A stretch of 64,000 nt of DNA, from contig MU058919.1 of the NCBI GenBank assembly GCA_013265495.1, positions 3,505,599 to 3,569,598 on the forward strand, given 5' to 3'. The notes below the pieces were generated by a model. The model saw only the letters and a list, made by a program, of their open reading frames with translations, made no database searches and was not told the DNA's origin. Position numbers and translations under genes: made by a program. Position 1 is the first letter of the stretch. Every line of letters begins with the position of its first letter. Below are positions 13,821-27,100 of this stretch, one piece after another. Source of the DNA: Vicugna vicugna. Lineage: Eukaryota.

Positions 13821-14869
13821 CAGGGACTGTGCTGGGGTGGTACCAGAGCTCTGCCCTGTGGGTTCTTCTGCCACAACTAGACCAGGTCACCAGGTGACCT
13901 TTAAACTGTGCTTTTAAAGACCCTGGAGCCCAGTCTGGGATGCTCTGTCTGGACTGGAGTGTGACGGGCCCCGGAATGTGTGGAGTTAAGCTCCCTGCCA
14001 TTTTAAAGACATTTATACCTTCTCCCTGTCTCTGCCTTCTTGATAAGAGGGTGGTAACTTGGAAGGTCTCTTCACAAGGTATTTTTTGGTTGAGGGCGGG
14101 TGGGGTTCCTTCACACATTTTCAGATGTATAACTGTGCAGGGTTTTTTTTTATTGTTGTTGATATTTTGGCAAATCAACTAAAATTGTTCTTCAGGCTTA
14201 GTTTAAAAAATGAACTAAATCATAACATCTCTTATTGCTCTCATATTTTATATGTGAAAATTACATTTCTGAAAAGAAAAAAAAAGACAGTAACATTTCT
14301 GAAGGTTGTGATCACGTCTTAAAATCCTAAATTATTGCCAAAAGCCAAACATGCTTGTTGCCTGTCGAGAGTCTGCTGCGTTCGTGTTGATGTGCGTAAT
14401 CTAAACACATTTCAAATTGAAAAACATGAGGACCCGCCGCAGGGCTCCAGACAGGGGATGGTGCCCCAAGGGATGTAAATGCCACCATCCTGGTGCATTC
14501 CCAGGAAGTGAACTGCACATTTGATTCCTCTGGTACTCCTGGCATATACAGTGTGGTTTCCAGCCTTTGATCTGGACCATCTGAAGGGCTTATATATCCC
14601 AGCTGTTCCAGAACACACAGTACAGGGCCCACGACTATCGATTCTGCGGGAACAAGCCATCAAACGTACACCAGTTTTTGAAACCGCTAAGATGCATTTG
14701 GAAGAGACACGGTTCAAGCTCTCCCTCATCCCACGACTCTATCCCTGGGGTTGGGTAGTTAGGAGCAGCCTAGAATTATGGTCAGGCACAGCTCTTTACT
14801 TTTGGTCTGATAGAATCACCCCAGCATGGCCCCAGATGAGTCTTGCATTGGCGGGTAAACATCATTTGT

Positions 14870-15025
14870 NNNNNNNNNNNNNNNNNNNNNNNNNNNNNNN
14901 NNNNNNNNNNNNNNNNNNNNNNNNNNNNNNNNNNNNNNNNNNNNNNNNNNNNNNNNNNNNNNNNNNNNNNNNNNNNNNNNNNNNNNNNNNNNNNNNNNNN
15001 NNNNNNNNNNNNNNNNNNNNNNNNN
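14870..15025. other. Assembly gap (156 N)
   Basis: Run of N in unique sequence. Confidence 0.99.
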
Positions 15026-17577
15026 GGTCGCGGGCTTTTCTAGAGCAGACACCTCCAATCAGCTGCTTTCCCAGTGCCGCGGCTCGTCGTGGAAACGGAA
15101 GTTGATTAATGTGTTTCCCACTTGGCTCCTGTCTCTGCGTTTACTGTATACAACCACTGCGACTTCTGCAGCTAAGATATTTAAATTAAATCCGGGATGT
15201 GAACATACAGCTACTGGATGAAGTAAATAATCCGATTTTGTTATAAGCAGAGAGAACTTAGGATGTTTCAATGCACGTTATATTTATGGTGTTCTAAAGA
15301 AACTCTGAGGGGAAACCAACCCCCTCATGCTGACTTGATGGCTTGTGTTTGCCCCACCGCTTCTTCACCTGCTAGGGGAGGTGTCTGCAGACTCTGGCCC
15401 TCGGGCGAAGCCCACTCTTGGCTTAATTTGATCCTGCAAGCTGAGACTGAACTTTACATTCATAAATGGTTAAGACACATGAAAAGAGTAATAATATTCG
15501 GGACACATGAAAACTAATATCATTAAAATGTCTGTGTCCATAAATGAAATTTAAAATTTTAATAATAAACAATAGTGAAAATTTTTACGTAAGTACCTAT
15601 AATATCCTTGGTCTGCAAATCTCAGAATACTCACTCTCTGGCTCTTTGGAGAAGAAATGTTGCTGCCCTGTGTGGTAGAGTGTCACACTGCAGAATCATG
15701 CCTTCTGACACTTCTTCGGCTACGTTCTCTGGTGAGTTCTGTTGGCCCTGTGAGACTAGACATTTCTGGGGGAATGGTGGGGATGCAGACTCTCCTCCCT
15801 TAAAAAAAATAACCTCAGAGTATTTTCTGGGGTATATTCTGGAAGGCTGTAGAGACTTAAAGGTTTGCTGAGAGAATTTTCTTGAGTATGTCTCTTCTTG
15901 GCCCAGTCACCCTAAGAAGCTAATCTCGAGGAGTTACACAATGTTTTATCCACCACTTTGGCTGGCCTTTCCTCTCTGATGTTTTTAACGTGCTGGCATA
16001 TTTTATTCTGAATATTACTTTGTATCAAAGGACAGACATGATGACCAGAATCTGTTAAGTTGGTGGCAGAGAAGAGCCTCCATCTGAGTTGGCTTATGCA
16101 CACTTTGGGGGCACATTTACATTTCTTGAGTGATTCAACATGATCATAGTGCCCAGAGGTCTTCTGTCAACATCGACAGTCGATATTTTTATCACCTGCG
16201 CTGTGTACACTTCTCTTGTATGCGTCATGGGTTTTGAATGGAAAATAACTTTTGTTTTCCTCATTATATTTTGTGTTACGTAAACATTTGACAAAAGGAT
16301 TTTCCACCTCATGCCAGGTGGTCCCAGAGAGCTTTGTTTGGTAAACTCGGCCATGACTTTTGAGTTCTGTGCATTTCATTGATTAATCAAGTGACCATAT
16401 TGTGCCCCTGAGTGTTGCCAGTCATTGCCTGTGACCCACTATATTTGAGCCAGGATTGGAATCACCTGCCACTGCATTCGTGTTGCCCTTTGTCTCCCAT
16501 CGCTTCTGTATCGGGTACCTTGGGGTGCCCACCTGGGGTCTTTTCCTCTCCCCTGGGCTTTGTCAGGAGGGGAGCAGGGAGCAGCTTGTGCATTCCACCT
16601 TCCTCTCTTCCTGAACCCTTTCCTCCTGATGACTGGCCCCCAGAGTACATCCCTCCTGAACCTTCCCCCCGTCTCCAGATTTGTTGAAACCGTAACAGGG
16701 TTCCTCCGTGTCAGACATTGGTTTCCATTCTCCCATGCCTTGGGATATATAAAAGGTCTTTCTCCACCCCACTGATTTTACTAGAGCTCGGTCCTAAGCC
16801 CCGGTCTGACCATGGTCATTTTGTACAGAGAAACAAGCATGGCCCCAGAGAACATGTCCTCACAGGGATGTGTCTGCTGCAGAACGTGCAGTCACGCCGA
16901 TGGCTGTGCTGCAGGTAAGGGACTGCTCCCCCGGGAGTTGCACTGGTGTCTACTAACCACCAGTCAGCGAAGAGGATACGTAATTGTGGTCTAGGTGCAC
17001 TAGTCACATGCTAAAGTTCAGACTTTTAAAAGAAAACAGGCAAAATCAGGGGCATTTCCTAACCATACTGTCTGAGGAGGACCCTTACTGGGCTCTGAGG
17101 AAAGCCCGACTTCCTCAGTGGTAGAACCTTCCTGCTCTAGACCTTGGGGCAAATCTCCATCAAACCTCATCAACACCAGCTGCCCTTCCTTGCCCAGCAT
17201 CTTGGAGTTCCCAAGTGTCTCACTTTTATTAGAGCCTTGAGTCCTCGAATTAATTATGCTACCTCATTTTGCAGAGGAGAATACAGTAACACTTCAGATC
17301 TGGGATCTCATTATTCTTAGACCCCAGGCTTTGGATGCTCTGTGATGCCCCGCTTGCATGTTGGGACCAGTATCCTGCACTATGTGTAACTGGCAGCTGG
17401 GGATAGTCAGTGAATCCAGCAGTGACGGGACAAAGGCTTCAGGCCCATGAAATGCACAAGAGGACTCTCTTCCAGGACCTTGGAGTTCTTCCGTTATAAA
17501 TTGTTTTCTTTTTTCAGCCCTCTCTGAACAGACTATTCTTATCACTTTGTAGAAAGCACACATTTCTTTCCCCGTTA

Positions 17578-18070
17578 CAGTCAGTAAGCAAATAGTTATT
17601 AAGTGCCTATTAAGTGTCAGGCCTCATTCTGGCTACTGAGGAGACATTCTGGAATGAGAGAGAGTCCTTGTCCTTATGGAGCTTAGAGCCGAGTGGGAGA
17701 GCCAGACAGGCAACACGTAAGCACATGAGTGAATGAAGGAAGGAGGAAATGAATGACTTTGGATTCTGCTACGTGTCAAGGAGATATTGCCGAGAGGTGG
17801 CTTTGGTTTACACACTGAGGACATTGCATTTGGAATGAGACCTGGATGGTAATGAAAGAACAGTCAGTTATCTGAAGATCCAGGGACGAGTTTTGCAAAC
17901 GGGGCATCACAGGTGAACAGCTCAATGGAAATGATGTTGACATGTTTGCAGGACAGAGAAAAAAGGCTGGTGTGGCTGGAATAGGTGGAACGCAGGGGAG
18001 AGAAGGGAGACAGATCAGATCACCTAGAATAGGAGACTGAACGTTGTTTTAAATTTACTGGGAAGCCCCT
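17578..18070 (-). mobile_element. L2 LINE 3' fragment
   Basis: gcaaatagttattaagtgcctattaagtgtcaggc...gtccttatggagctta...gtgggagagccagaca...aggctggtgtggctgga is typical reverse-oriented L2 3' sequence. Confidence 0.65.
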
Positions 18071-19545
18071 GTAGAGGCTTTCTCATGTATGGATGAACGA
18101 ACAACGTGGAACACCCTCCCTCCTGTCTTTTACTCTCATTCATTTTCATTTTTCTTGGTTCTCTTATTTACAGCCCAACCTAACTCACTCAGCCCTGAGA
18201 TGCAGTATGATTTGGCCGAGAATATACAAAGGAGTCATATGTCTACTTTATAGGGAGACATAGCTGTGGTCACTCTTTTCAAAGCTAATTTAAAGGAAGA
18301 ATTTGTGATCAGTCATGTTTTCACTTTGTGTGAGAAGTATTTTCAGGATCTCATTGCCATGAAGGGTCCTTGGGGGTGTTTCCAGGGTTTTGTTTACAAC
18401 CTTTCTTTTTTAAAGTATTCAAACGTTTGGAGTCCAAAAAGGTAGTTTATAAAAATGGATGTCAATGAGAGATTAGTTTGTGGATAAAAGTTAAGGTGTT
18501 GCCCTTGTGGACAAACTAACCATGTGGTGAAGTCATAGGCTACCTCCAATAGCTATTGTCCATTGAGATATGTCTGTCACAGTTTATTAAGCATGAGGGT
18601 GTTCTGAATAGAGGGCTTAAACTCTGTAATCCATTGTGCTTATTGCTTTAATAATCCATCTAATTGTCCTTGGGGCTTCCAAGATGCAGGGTTTGGCCTC
18701 GCTGATAATTTTATGGTCCCATTAATAATTGTGTTGCAGCATCTGAATGATTGTGTTCTCCAAATACAGACAAAACAGATAAGTTCTTTCTACAGGATAG
18801 GGAACACAAAGTGCTATTATGGAATTTCCCCTATTTTTTTCCTTCTCGCTTGGAAACAAGTCATAAAGCTAAGACTTGGAATGATTATCTTTCCGGATTG
18901 CCATTGTCACAAAGAGGAGCAGACGGAAAACTTAACTGCTGGAGCAGATACTTCTCCATGGACAGCGGGGCTAGAGGTCTTCTGTGATTAGAAGTTTGGA
19001 GAAGAGAGAGCTTAGATTATTGATGTGAAAGCTGCAGAGGAAGGCCATCTTGATCAAAAATTATAAATTTTCAGTCTTGCACTTTCACTGCTACCTCTGT
19101 AAGGCTCTCTTCTCTTCTGTTTTGAGGAACCTATACCTACATAGGTTTGTAACCCTGTGCCTGTCACAATGCCTGGTTACACTCTGGGTGTTTGGTTAAC
19201 ATTAATTTATTAACCAAATAATACAGTCAGTCTCTGTGCTCTCATATTAAGTCCAGTAGCAGACAAATCTAATGAAAAAAATGCCGAGTGCAAAAAGCAA
19301 ATGAAAAATATAAATTATGAAAAGCTCTGGTCCTCACTTTTTTCCTAGTATGAAAGGATCTGTGGATCCCAATGATAAGTATGCTCATTGGAAACAGGGA
19401 TTTTCTTCTTAATCACTGTAAACATGATCTTTGCAGCACCTGATGTTTATCACCCCATTGCTGTGAGGTGCCATTTGTCAGTATTTTCTGGTCTCAGCAA
19501 CGTATTTTAGGGGGTGGGGGTGGGTGGGAGGGGGAAAGCCTAACA

Positions 19546-19566
19546 TTCAGCACCAAGGACAGCACT
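19546..19566 (+). promoter_or_regulatory. REST/NRSF RE1 silencer element
   Basis: TTCAGCACCAAGGACAGCACT matches 18 of 21 positions of the canonical TTCAGCACCACGGACAGCGCC. Both half-sites are intact with the canonical 2-nt spacer. Confidence 0.75.
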
Positions 19567-22104
19567 AAGCATCCAAGGTGCTGTCTTTTCTGTTCCATTG
19601 ACTCTCTTGCCCCCCATCCCTCCAGATCACAGCTGTAACCCAGGCACCATTTCTGGGGCCCTGACCCTCTCCTTGCTTGATCCCCTTTGGGCACCCATTG
19701 GTCAGGGTGGTAGGTAAAAGAGACTAGACACGAGTTATGAAATTAATATGGATGTAAAAAGAGCATGGACTTTGTGGAATGAGCACAGAGGAGGAATTGT
19801 CCTTGATTTGTTAAAGCGGAAGGTTTTGGACAAGCTAATTTTACAAAGTAATTTTGGTGGAGTCCAGTTTGAGAGCCATTTCCACTTCCGCTCTTATTGA
19901 ACCAGATTTCTTCACAAGACCTTGCTGTGCTTTAAAGAAAGTATGATGAGTGTCCTTCATCCAAGACAGTGTGGAGGTATAGCTGGGGCATCCCCGTTCA
20001 AAGAAAACATCGGGTCCTCCTTTCCTTAATGGCCTGGGATTCTCAAGTTTTAACTCAGCACGCGGTTCATCGATTTGTAGCTACCTTCAGCTTCTGCTGA
20101 AGTCTGCTCCAATTCTTTAGTTGTCATTATCAAAACTTCCTGAAGATAAAAATATACTTTTGTACATTTATATGAAATAGACAGTATTGGTGACAATTTG
20201 GGGTTTGGAAGTCTTCAGGTATTTCCACTGCAGATCAACAGCAAAAGAGGTGATGAGGAATGGAACTGAAAGAACAAAAGTAAAGAAGGGAAGGCAAAGG
20301 GCAGAGCAGGTGTGGCGGTTTTTATAACAAAGCCACGGGAACCATCAAGGAGGAAGGACGGCTGCCAGCTTCATCCTGAGCTATAGCACGGCTGTGTCCT
20401 GGGAGGCAGGGATGGAAAGCAGGGGACAGGAGTGACAGGCGGCATCTGCTTTTTCATGGACTCATCACAGGGAGATCTAAGATAGCAAGGCCCTGGGTGG
20501 TAGGAGTGGGTGCTGCGAAATGTCAGAGAAAGGTCACACGAAAGCTTTCTTCCTGGCCACATATCCAAGTGGCTCAGTGTCTCTGAGACCTTGAAGATGG
20601 GGCCGGAGAGCGGGGACTGACAACTCTGAGTCTCTGTCCCCCCCTCCCTTCAAATTGTTTGGTGAAAATGTCAGGAATGGGAAAAAATGTGTCTTACAGT
20701 GCCTGCTATCAGAAGCAAAGCCCCACGAAGTTATAAGCATCTCAGAGAAGCATGGTTGGAAAGGGGATATAATTCTATGGTATTGACTGGTAATTACGAG
20801 TACTGAATTTATTAGATTGACTTGAATGTGCTGTTTCTCCTGCCATGACCCACAACACTGTTTTCTCCATAAGATCTTAAATTCCCCATGGAAAATTCTC
20901 TTCTGGCATTCCCGGGGAACTGTAAATGGAGTGTTTGGTTTTAGATTTCAAAAAAGCATTCTCCTCTCAACCAGCATCACTGGTGTGTTAGCACGCACCC
21001 TGAGGGGCCCCTCCTCTGTCTCTGCTTCGGGGCACCGTGCAGGGCACCCAGGGCAAGTGGCCTTGGTGCTAATTTGTTGGTCTTTTAAATGACATGGTGA
21101 TTTTCAGCAAGTTTAGAGTTTCTAAAAGCACAAAAGCAAAAGACATGTTGTGTAATATTAAAATCAGGGCTTGATCCTTTAAAGGGGGTCTTCAAAACAC
21201 TGGTTACCTGGGGTACTGGGGTTGTCACTTTGAATTAAATCAAAGGTATGTGTTAGGCCTTCTGCTAAGACAGTGGTTGCTGGAAAAAAAGAAAGGAAGG
21301 AAGAAAGAGAGAAAGAGAGAAAATGGCATGATCTCTGTTCTGGATAGTTTTATGCACTTTAACTTATTCTCCTGATTTTGATCTTTCTTGTTCTTTCAGT
21401 TTTCTCACTGGGTGCCAAAAACCAATTTTTTTTCTTCTGCATCCTAGCCCAGGTTTGTGCTCCAGCTGTCCCTTCTTGATAACTAAGCCATCATTTATGT
21501 CAGCATCTTCAAGGGCTTTCCCACTTAATAGTCTCAAAGTGACATTAATTAGAAGCATAAAGTGATACCTCTGCTTTTGTTGTGGGAAATGAAATTTCAT
21601 AAATAGTCAAATTCAGCTGTTTTCGGTGACCCCCCCCCCTGTATGTTTTAAGGCCACTTCTGGAGGTAGTTCTGGCTTGGTCTTGAGTCCAAATTTGCAC
21701 TAGGAATTGGCCAGATTATTCCCTGGAATTGTAATTATCTCCTATATCAGCTGTTTAGTTAAAGGCTAACGTGAATTTACCCCTATATCCATGGAAATGC
21801 AACCATATCTGTTTTATTTACTTGATCTATTAAGTGTCAGGATTTGGGGAACATCCAACTTAAGTTTGTTAAAAAACAATGAAGTCGATTTTCCTAACAA
21901 ATGCCAAGAACACCCACTGGTCAATAAAAGGCAGAACTGGCTTTCACTGGCAATGGATGGCCGGGTCTCCTCTTCCCCGGAGCTGAGAGGAGCTGTTCTG
22001 TAGCCAGTGGCCGACTTAGTATGTTAGGCTGAGCAATTCTGTGTTCACTAGGGACCTGGAATCCCCAAGTCGACAGAGCAGTGTGTTTGTTTCAGAAACT
22101 GAGG

Positions 22105-22205
22105 GTGTATGCCTGAAGCATTGTGCTGTACACCAGAAACTGACACAACATTGTAAACTGACTATACTTCAATACACACACACACACATAAAATGAAAAG
22201 AAAAA
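22105..22205 (+). mobile_element. Very short L1 3'-end insertion with (AC)n/A-rich tail
   Basis: tgctgtacaccagaaactgacacaacattgtaaactgactatacttcaat resembles the 3' end of the L1 at 9250-9302. Approximate TSD agaaac(c)tgagg at 22094-22104 and 22206-22217. Confidence 0.8.
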
Positions 22206-23859
22206 AGAAACCTGAGGCTGTGTTTTGAAGAGCACAGACTAACAGGGACCCCCAGCTCTTTGCGCCATCCCTGGCTCCCCCTGCCTTGGGGACGTCTGGC
22301 TGTTGACGCCTTCTCGGTATTCTGCACTGTTACCTGTTCTCCAGGTGCCCTTTGGCCAGCTCTCGGTGACTTTCCACCAGAGCGCCTATCACTTGGTATT
22401 GTGCTGGCATGCTGTGTGTTTTTCTCTGTTTGCCCAGCCATCGTCTGGCGTGGCAGTCACAGGAGAGGTGGCAATAAAGGTTTGTGGATGCACAGAAGGA
22501 TGAATCCAGGTGCAAATGAAAAGCAAAATTCATTGGGAAGATAACTGTCTCAGTCGGTCCGTGAGGGTTGGTTTAGTCCCTGTTCTAGCGGAATTTGGCA
22601 GCTCTTCCTTGACATTTAAATAAAACTTTAAAAGACTTGCTTCCATGTTTCCCGTTCAGTCCCTTGACTATGGGGGAGCAGTGCCTGCACTGGCGTTTCT
22701 GTATTATAATCGCTGCGTCATTTGTGTTTAGAGAACTTTAGGCAGCAGTCGTCATCCAGCCCTGATTCCTCCCTTCTGCCCTTCCGTCTGTAGATGGTAG
22801 GTCAGGCAGTAAGGCCAGGCCCATTGGTACTGGCTTCCTCTGTTCACCTAGGACTTCTGTTTGGAGGAAAGGAATCTCTTGTTGAGATTGAAGTACATCA
22901 GATACTTCTCTCTGCACACACTCATATGATCCTCCTGAATTTAAACAGGAATGTTCCAGACGGCCGTTGTATAAAACAAGAGCTGTCCTGGTTGACACCA
23001 TTGAAGTCCCGTGTTAGAAGGAGTAACTCCCTCTATGAACACGATTGTTGGAGTTTGCAGTGCTGTCTGGTTGAGTCTCAGTTCAGCTGAAGACAACTTG
23101 AGGGCTGACCTGGGAACCCCCACACTATGTATGATTGTGGCTTGTTGGAAATTGTGCTGAGGTCTAAACATTACTGCAAAATGATGTGTCAGAGCACAGC
23201 CATTTATAGTTTGCGATTTTCCCATTTGTCTTACCCTGACTTAATTTTTTCCAGGAATTGAGATGTGGACTTTTGATCTACATGCAAACTCCCTTGGGAG
23301 CTTATTAAACACAGGGTAATTTTCAGTAATCCTGGCTATTTCTACGTAGTGTTGTAATTATAGACCTTCAAGCGCTTGGCTATGAATTAGCCAAAATAAG
23401 TAACTGGCTTCGCCATGTGTGCATGTTCAGTTCACGGGGTGTTTCCTGTGTGCCAGTTCTGTGCACTGGGAGCAGCTGCTTGGATGAATAAAACACAGCG
23501 CTTGTCCTCAAGACGCTTGAAATCTAGACCACATACTTTTCCAAGCTGAAGGAATTGCTGGTACGTAAAGGGAGTAAGTTGCTTAACTTTGAAAAGCAGC
23601 TCCCCTTCCATAGGGCAGGTCTGTTCGGACCAACATCCCTGGTCTGGACCAGCTCCTCCGTTCCGTCCTGGGCAGCCCAGCACAGCCTCTGGCGTATCCC
23701 CAGCACCCTTCCAGACAGTGGACACTGATGATGTCATAGACATGTCTTTCTCCCTGTGGCTGAGAGCATATGGGTGGCCATGGACATGGCTTCATTTGTC
23801 CTCCCCGTCCCAGCAGGTAGTCTGGTACCTTCTGCGGAGCAGGGCTGGAGGTGTGTACC

Positions 23860-24135
23860 GCCAGTGGCTGCTAGGAAGTCAGTGCTCTCCTCCCTTCTCT
23901 ACTTGAAACTTCTCCACAACACTTACCAGCTTGGAACATGCCATCTGTTTGAGTTACGGTTTTGCTTTCAGTGTGTCCTCCCCGCCTAGAATGTCGGCAC
24001 CCTGTGGGCGGAGATACGTGGGTATTTGTTCCCTGATGAACATCTGGGGCTCACACTGGAGTGACGCTGATGTGTAGTGAGTACTCCAGAAACATTTTTA
24101 TGAATAATGAATGAGGCAATGAATGAATGAATGAA
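23860..24135 (+). mobile_element. L2 LINE 3' end
   Basis: Ends in the diagnostic aatgaatgaatgaatgaa tail, preceded by tagaatgt...ctgtgggcggaga...ttgttccctg. Confidence 0.6.
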
Positions 24136-27100
24136 AAACTGAATAAAGAACCTGCCTGAGTATTCTGCTGGGTTAACAGATGCCCTACCCTTGTGCTTCT
24201 GAGAAGGAGAACAGGGTGGTCAGTTCTGTGATGATCTCAGCTGGATCAGGGGAAAACCTCTGTCTACAAGTATGACCACTATCCCATCTTAAGTTTCCCC
24301 AAAGTGGAAAAGGCCAGTCATCTTCTGCCTCCAACACTCTGTTATTAAAGTAAATGGCTCCGTCTGCACCTAAACCAGCCCCCTCTGCACCCCTGGGAAA
24401 TGTCATTGCTCTGTCTCAGAAGCAACCTGGTGAACAAGTTTCACTGAGACACAGCCTATGAATAATGAAGTCAGTGGCTTCCTTAGATGGTGTTGACAAA
24501 TTAACTTTAGTGGACCCAGCAGCTCCCCAAACGTGGGGACACTATAATTCTGGGCAGGCGCTGGCTGTTAGGAAAGCCTTTGATGCCTGTTTTCATTACA
24601 GAGAATTAAAGCGAAATGGGGGGTGGGTACAGCATGCCAGCCAGCGGGAAGACTCAAGGCCGTGGGCCTCTCCTCCAGCTGGCCTCCTTGCTTTCCCCCT
24701 CAGCCGCCTGCCCCTCCGCCAACCTGTCTTCTGATCCCTGCCTCTCCCCAGGCCTTGCCCCAGCTCTCTGCCTCCTTCCTTTTACACAGGGCCCCGCCTG
24801 ATGAAGACGACGGGATATATTCTTAGTCTTACTGCGCAGTCATTATTAGTACTGTCAGAAGGGCATGCAGATTTGGTCAGAGACAGAGATGAACACTGTT
24901 TTTAGGGCAAGACTTTTTTTTTTTTTTTTACTGTTGTATAACCATATTTCCATAATCTAAAGTCATAATAGGTAAAAATCAGGGCAGAGAGTCATTATTA
25001 TTTTGTGTGTAGACTGCCTGGTTACATTACAAACAGGGCAAAGCTTACAGCCTCTTTCATAGATTCCTGAAATCAAGGAGGCACTAAGTTGCAGAATGGT
25101 GACAATAATGACCAAAAAAGGCCCTCGCCCCGCAGGGCATCAGGAATAGCTATTAATAAAGAAAACCGCTTTTTGAGGGCTGAGCTGAGGCTGAGTTGAT
25201 TAACTTGTTTCCTGGAGGAGAGATAAAGCATAAGCTATAATTTATTGAAAATTAATGAAAACGAATTTGGTGGCACTGGCTACCAAACTAGAATGAAAAT
25301 GGGAATGTGTCTGCGGCATTAAAACTGATTTTTTTTCTGGGTCGGCATTCCTCCCCAGTTCGAGGATTCTCACACGTCACGTAATGTGCCGAGACTTGAA
25401 CTTGAAAGCAGGAATGTTGTGCACTGGGTTCCGATGGTAAATTGCCACAGCGCTTTTATCTCTGATTTGTAATTTCTTCTGATTTTTCTTTTTTCAGAGC
25501 AGATTAGTTAACAATTTTAAATCAGAACTTGCTCTTCAGGAGTTTTTGTGTCTTTGTTCCCCAAACGTGACGTTACACTTATTTTTTAAACCAGTGCTTC
25601 AGGGCGCGTGTGGCTGAAGATTAAAACCTTTGCGTTTTGGTGTCATCATTTAGCAAATTCTTCATGTCCAATTATGAGACGCTTATCTGGGGAGATGGTC
25701 TGGTGCTTTAACCATTGAGATATTGACAGAAAATTTGTTTTACTCCGTTTCTGGTCAAGATATGCCCATTTTAAGACTGTCTACGTAGAGGAACTCATTT
25801 CTCATAAATGTCCATTCACATCTGGCTTTTAAAACACAGACTGGCTTGTTTTTATGGGGCGTTGACAACTTTCCTTCAAGGTTTGTTCAAATGACTTCGG
25901 ACGTGAATTTGATTAAGGCGGAGCCTGAGGGGCCCGTGCTGGTCACGGGACAGAATGGTATGTGGAAGCTCTGAAGTGGTTTTACCAGGAAGGGTGCTCA
26001 TGGATGAATGTGGGTCCCCAGACTTCCCAGAGCAACGGCTTTGATTTTTCTGAAATTACCTCGCAGAGCTGATTCCTCTTACTGATCATGAGTCCTTAAA
26101 AACATACTTTATTCCTGGGATCCCTTCAAAGGTGGTTTCTGCTACCTCTCGCATTAGAATTATGCTTTCTTCAGAATATAAATTCACAGGGGCCTTCCCA
26201 GGTCTGGCTGCAGGAGCCTCTTGACCCCTTCAAGTAGAAGGAAGAACCCAGAATTGCAGTAGCAACAAAAACGTCTGCTTTGAAGATCTGTGTGGACAGA
26301 GCAAGTTTCCCATCTTCAGAGGAAGGAGACGCTGGTGCTGGACCTGACAGGTCCAGGTGGGCGTGCTGTCTTTCCTATCATCGCCAGTCTTTCGACTTTG
26401 GGGGTGTTAACCTAACCTATCCAAGCTTCAGTTTCCCGATGGAAATAATTCTTACCTTACAGGGTAATTCTGGGGATTAAATAAGCCAATGAAGAATGGC
26501 CACCATATTGTGGATGCTCCAAGTGGATAAGCTCACTGGGTGCCCTGCCTGGACAGACTCATTTCACTGGAACTGTCCCCCAGATCCAATGGGAAATTGA
26601 GTTCAAACCATTTTTGCATAGCTTAGCAGAAATTGCATGAGATTTTTTTTAAAAAGTACTTGAAAAGTAGAACTTGCATTTCGTCTCTCTCTCTCTCTTT
26701 TTTTTTTTTAATCCGAATTCTGGGACACAAATCCATAAATTCCATAAACGTTCATGTCATGCCTTGAATTGCTCATTTTATCTACAAATGGGGTGTCTGA
26801 ATTGCCTAGTGGCTCAGTGGCGAGGCTTTTATTCACCTACCAACTTAAAAGGCTAGAGAGGTATTTGAAATCTATTTTGGCATTCTGCACAGGAAGATTA
26901 TTTAAATTACATTTTCAAGTACGTGTGATACCTACACGAAGCCCAAAGCAAGAATTTGGAATGTGTTTTATAGTCTCACAAATATATTTGCCTCATTTTT
27001 CATATTAGGGGTGGAAAGGCTTATTATTGTTTAAGAACTTAAAAATAGTATTTACAACATTATATAAATATAAGCTACAGAAAAGACTCACCGCAGCCCT

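Noticed and set aside
25460-25500. Strong plus-strand polypyrimidine tract and acceptor (ttcttttttcag|AG)
   Set aside because: No convincing donor or open frame downstream. Such decoy acceptors are common in long introns.
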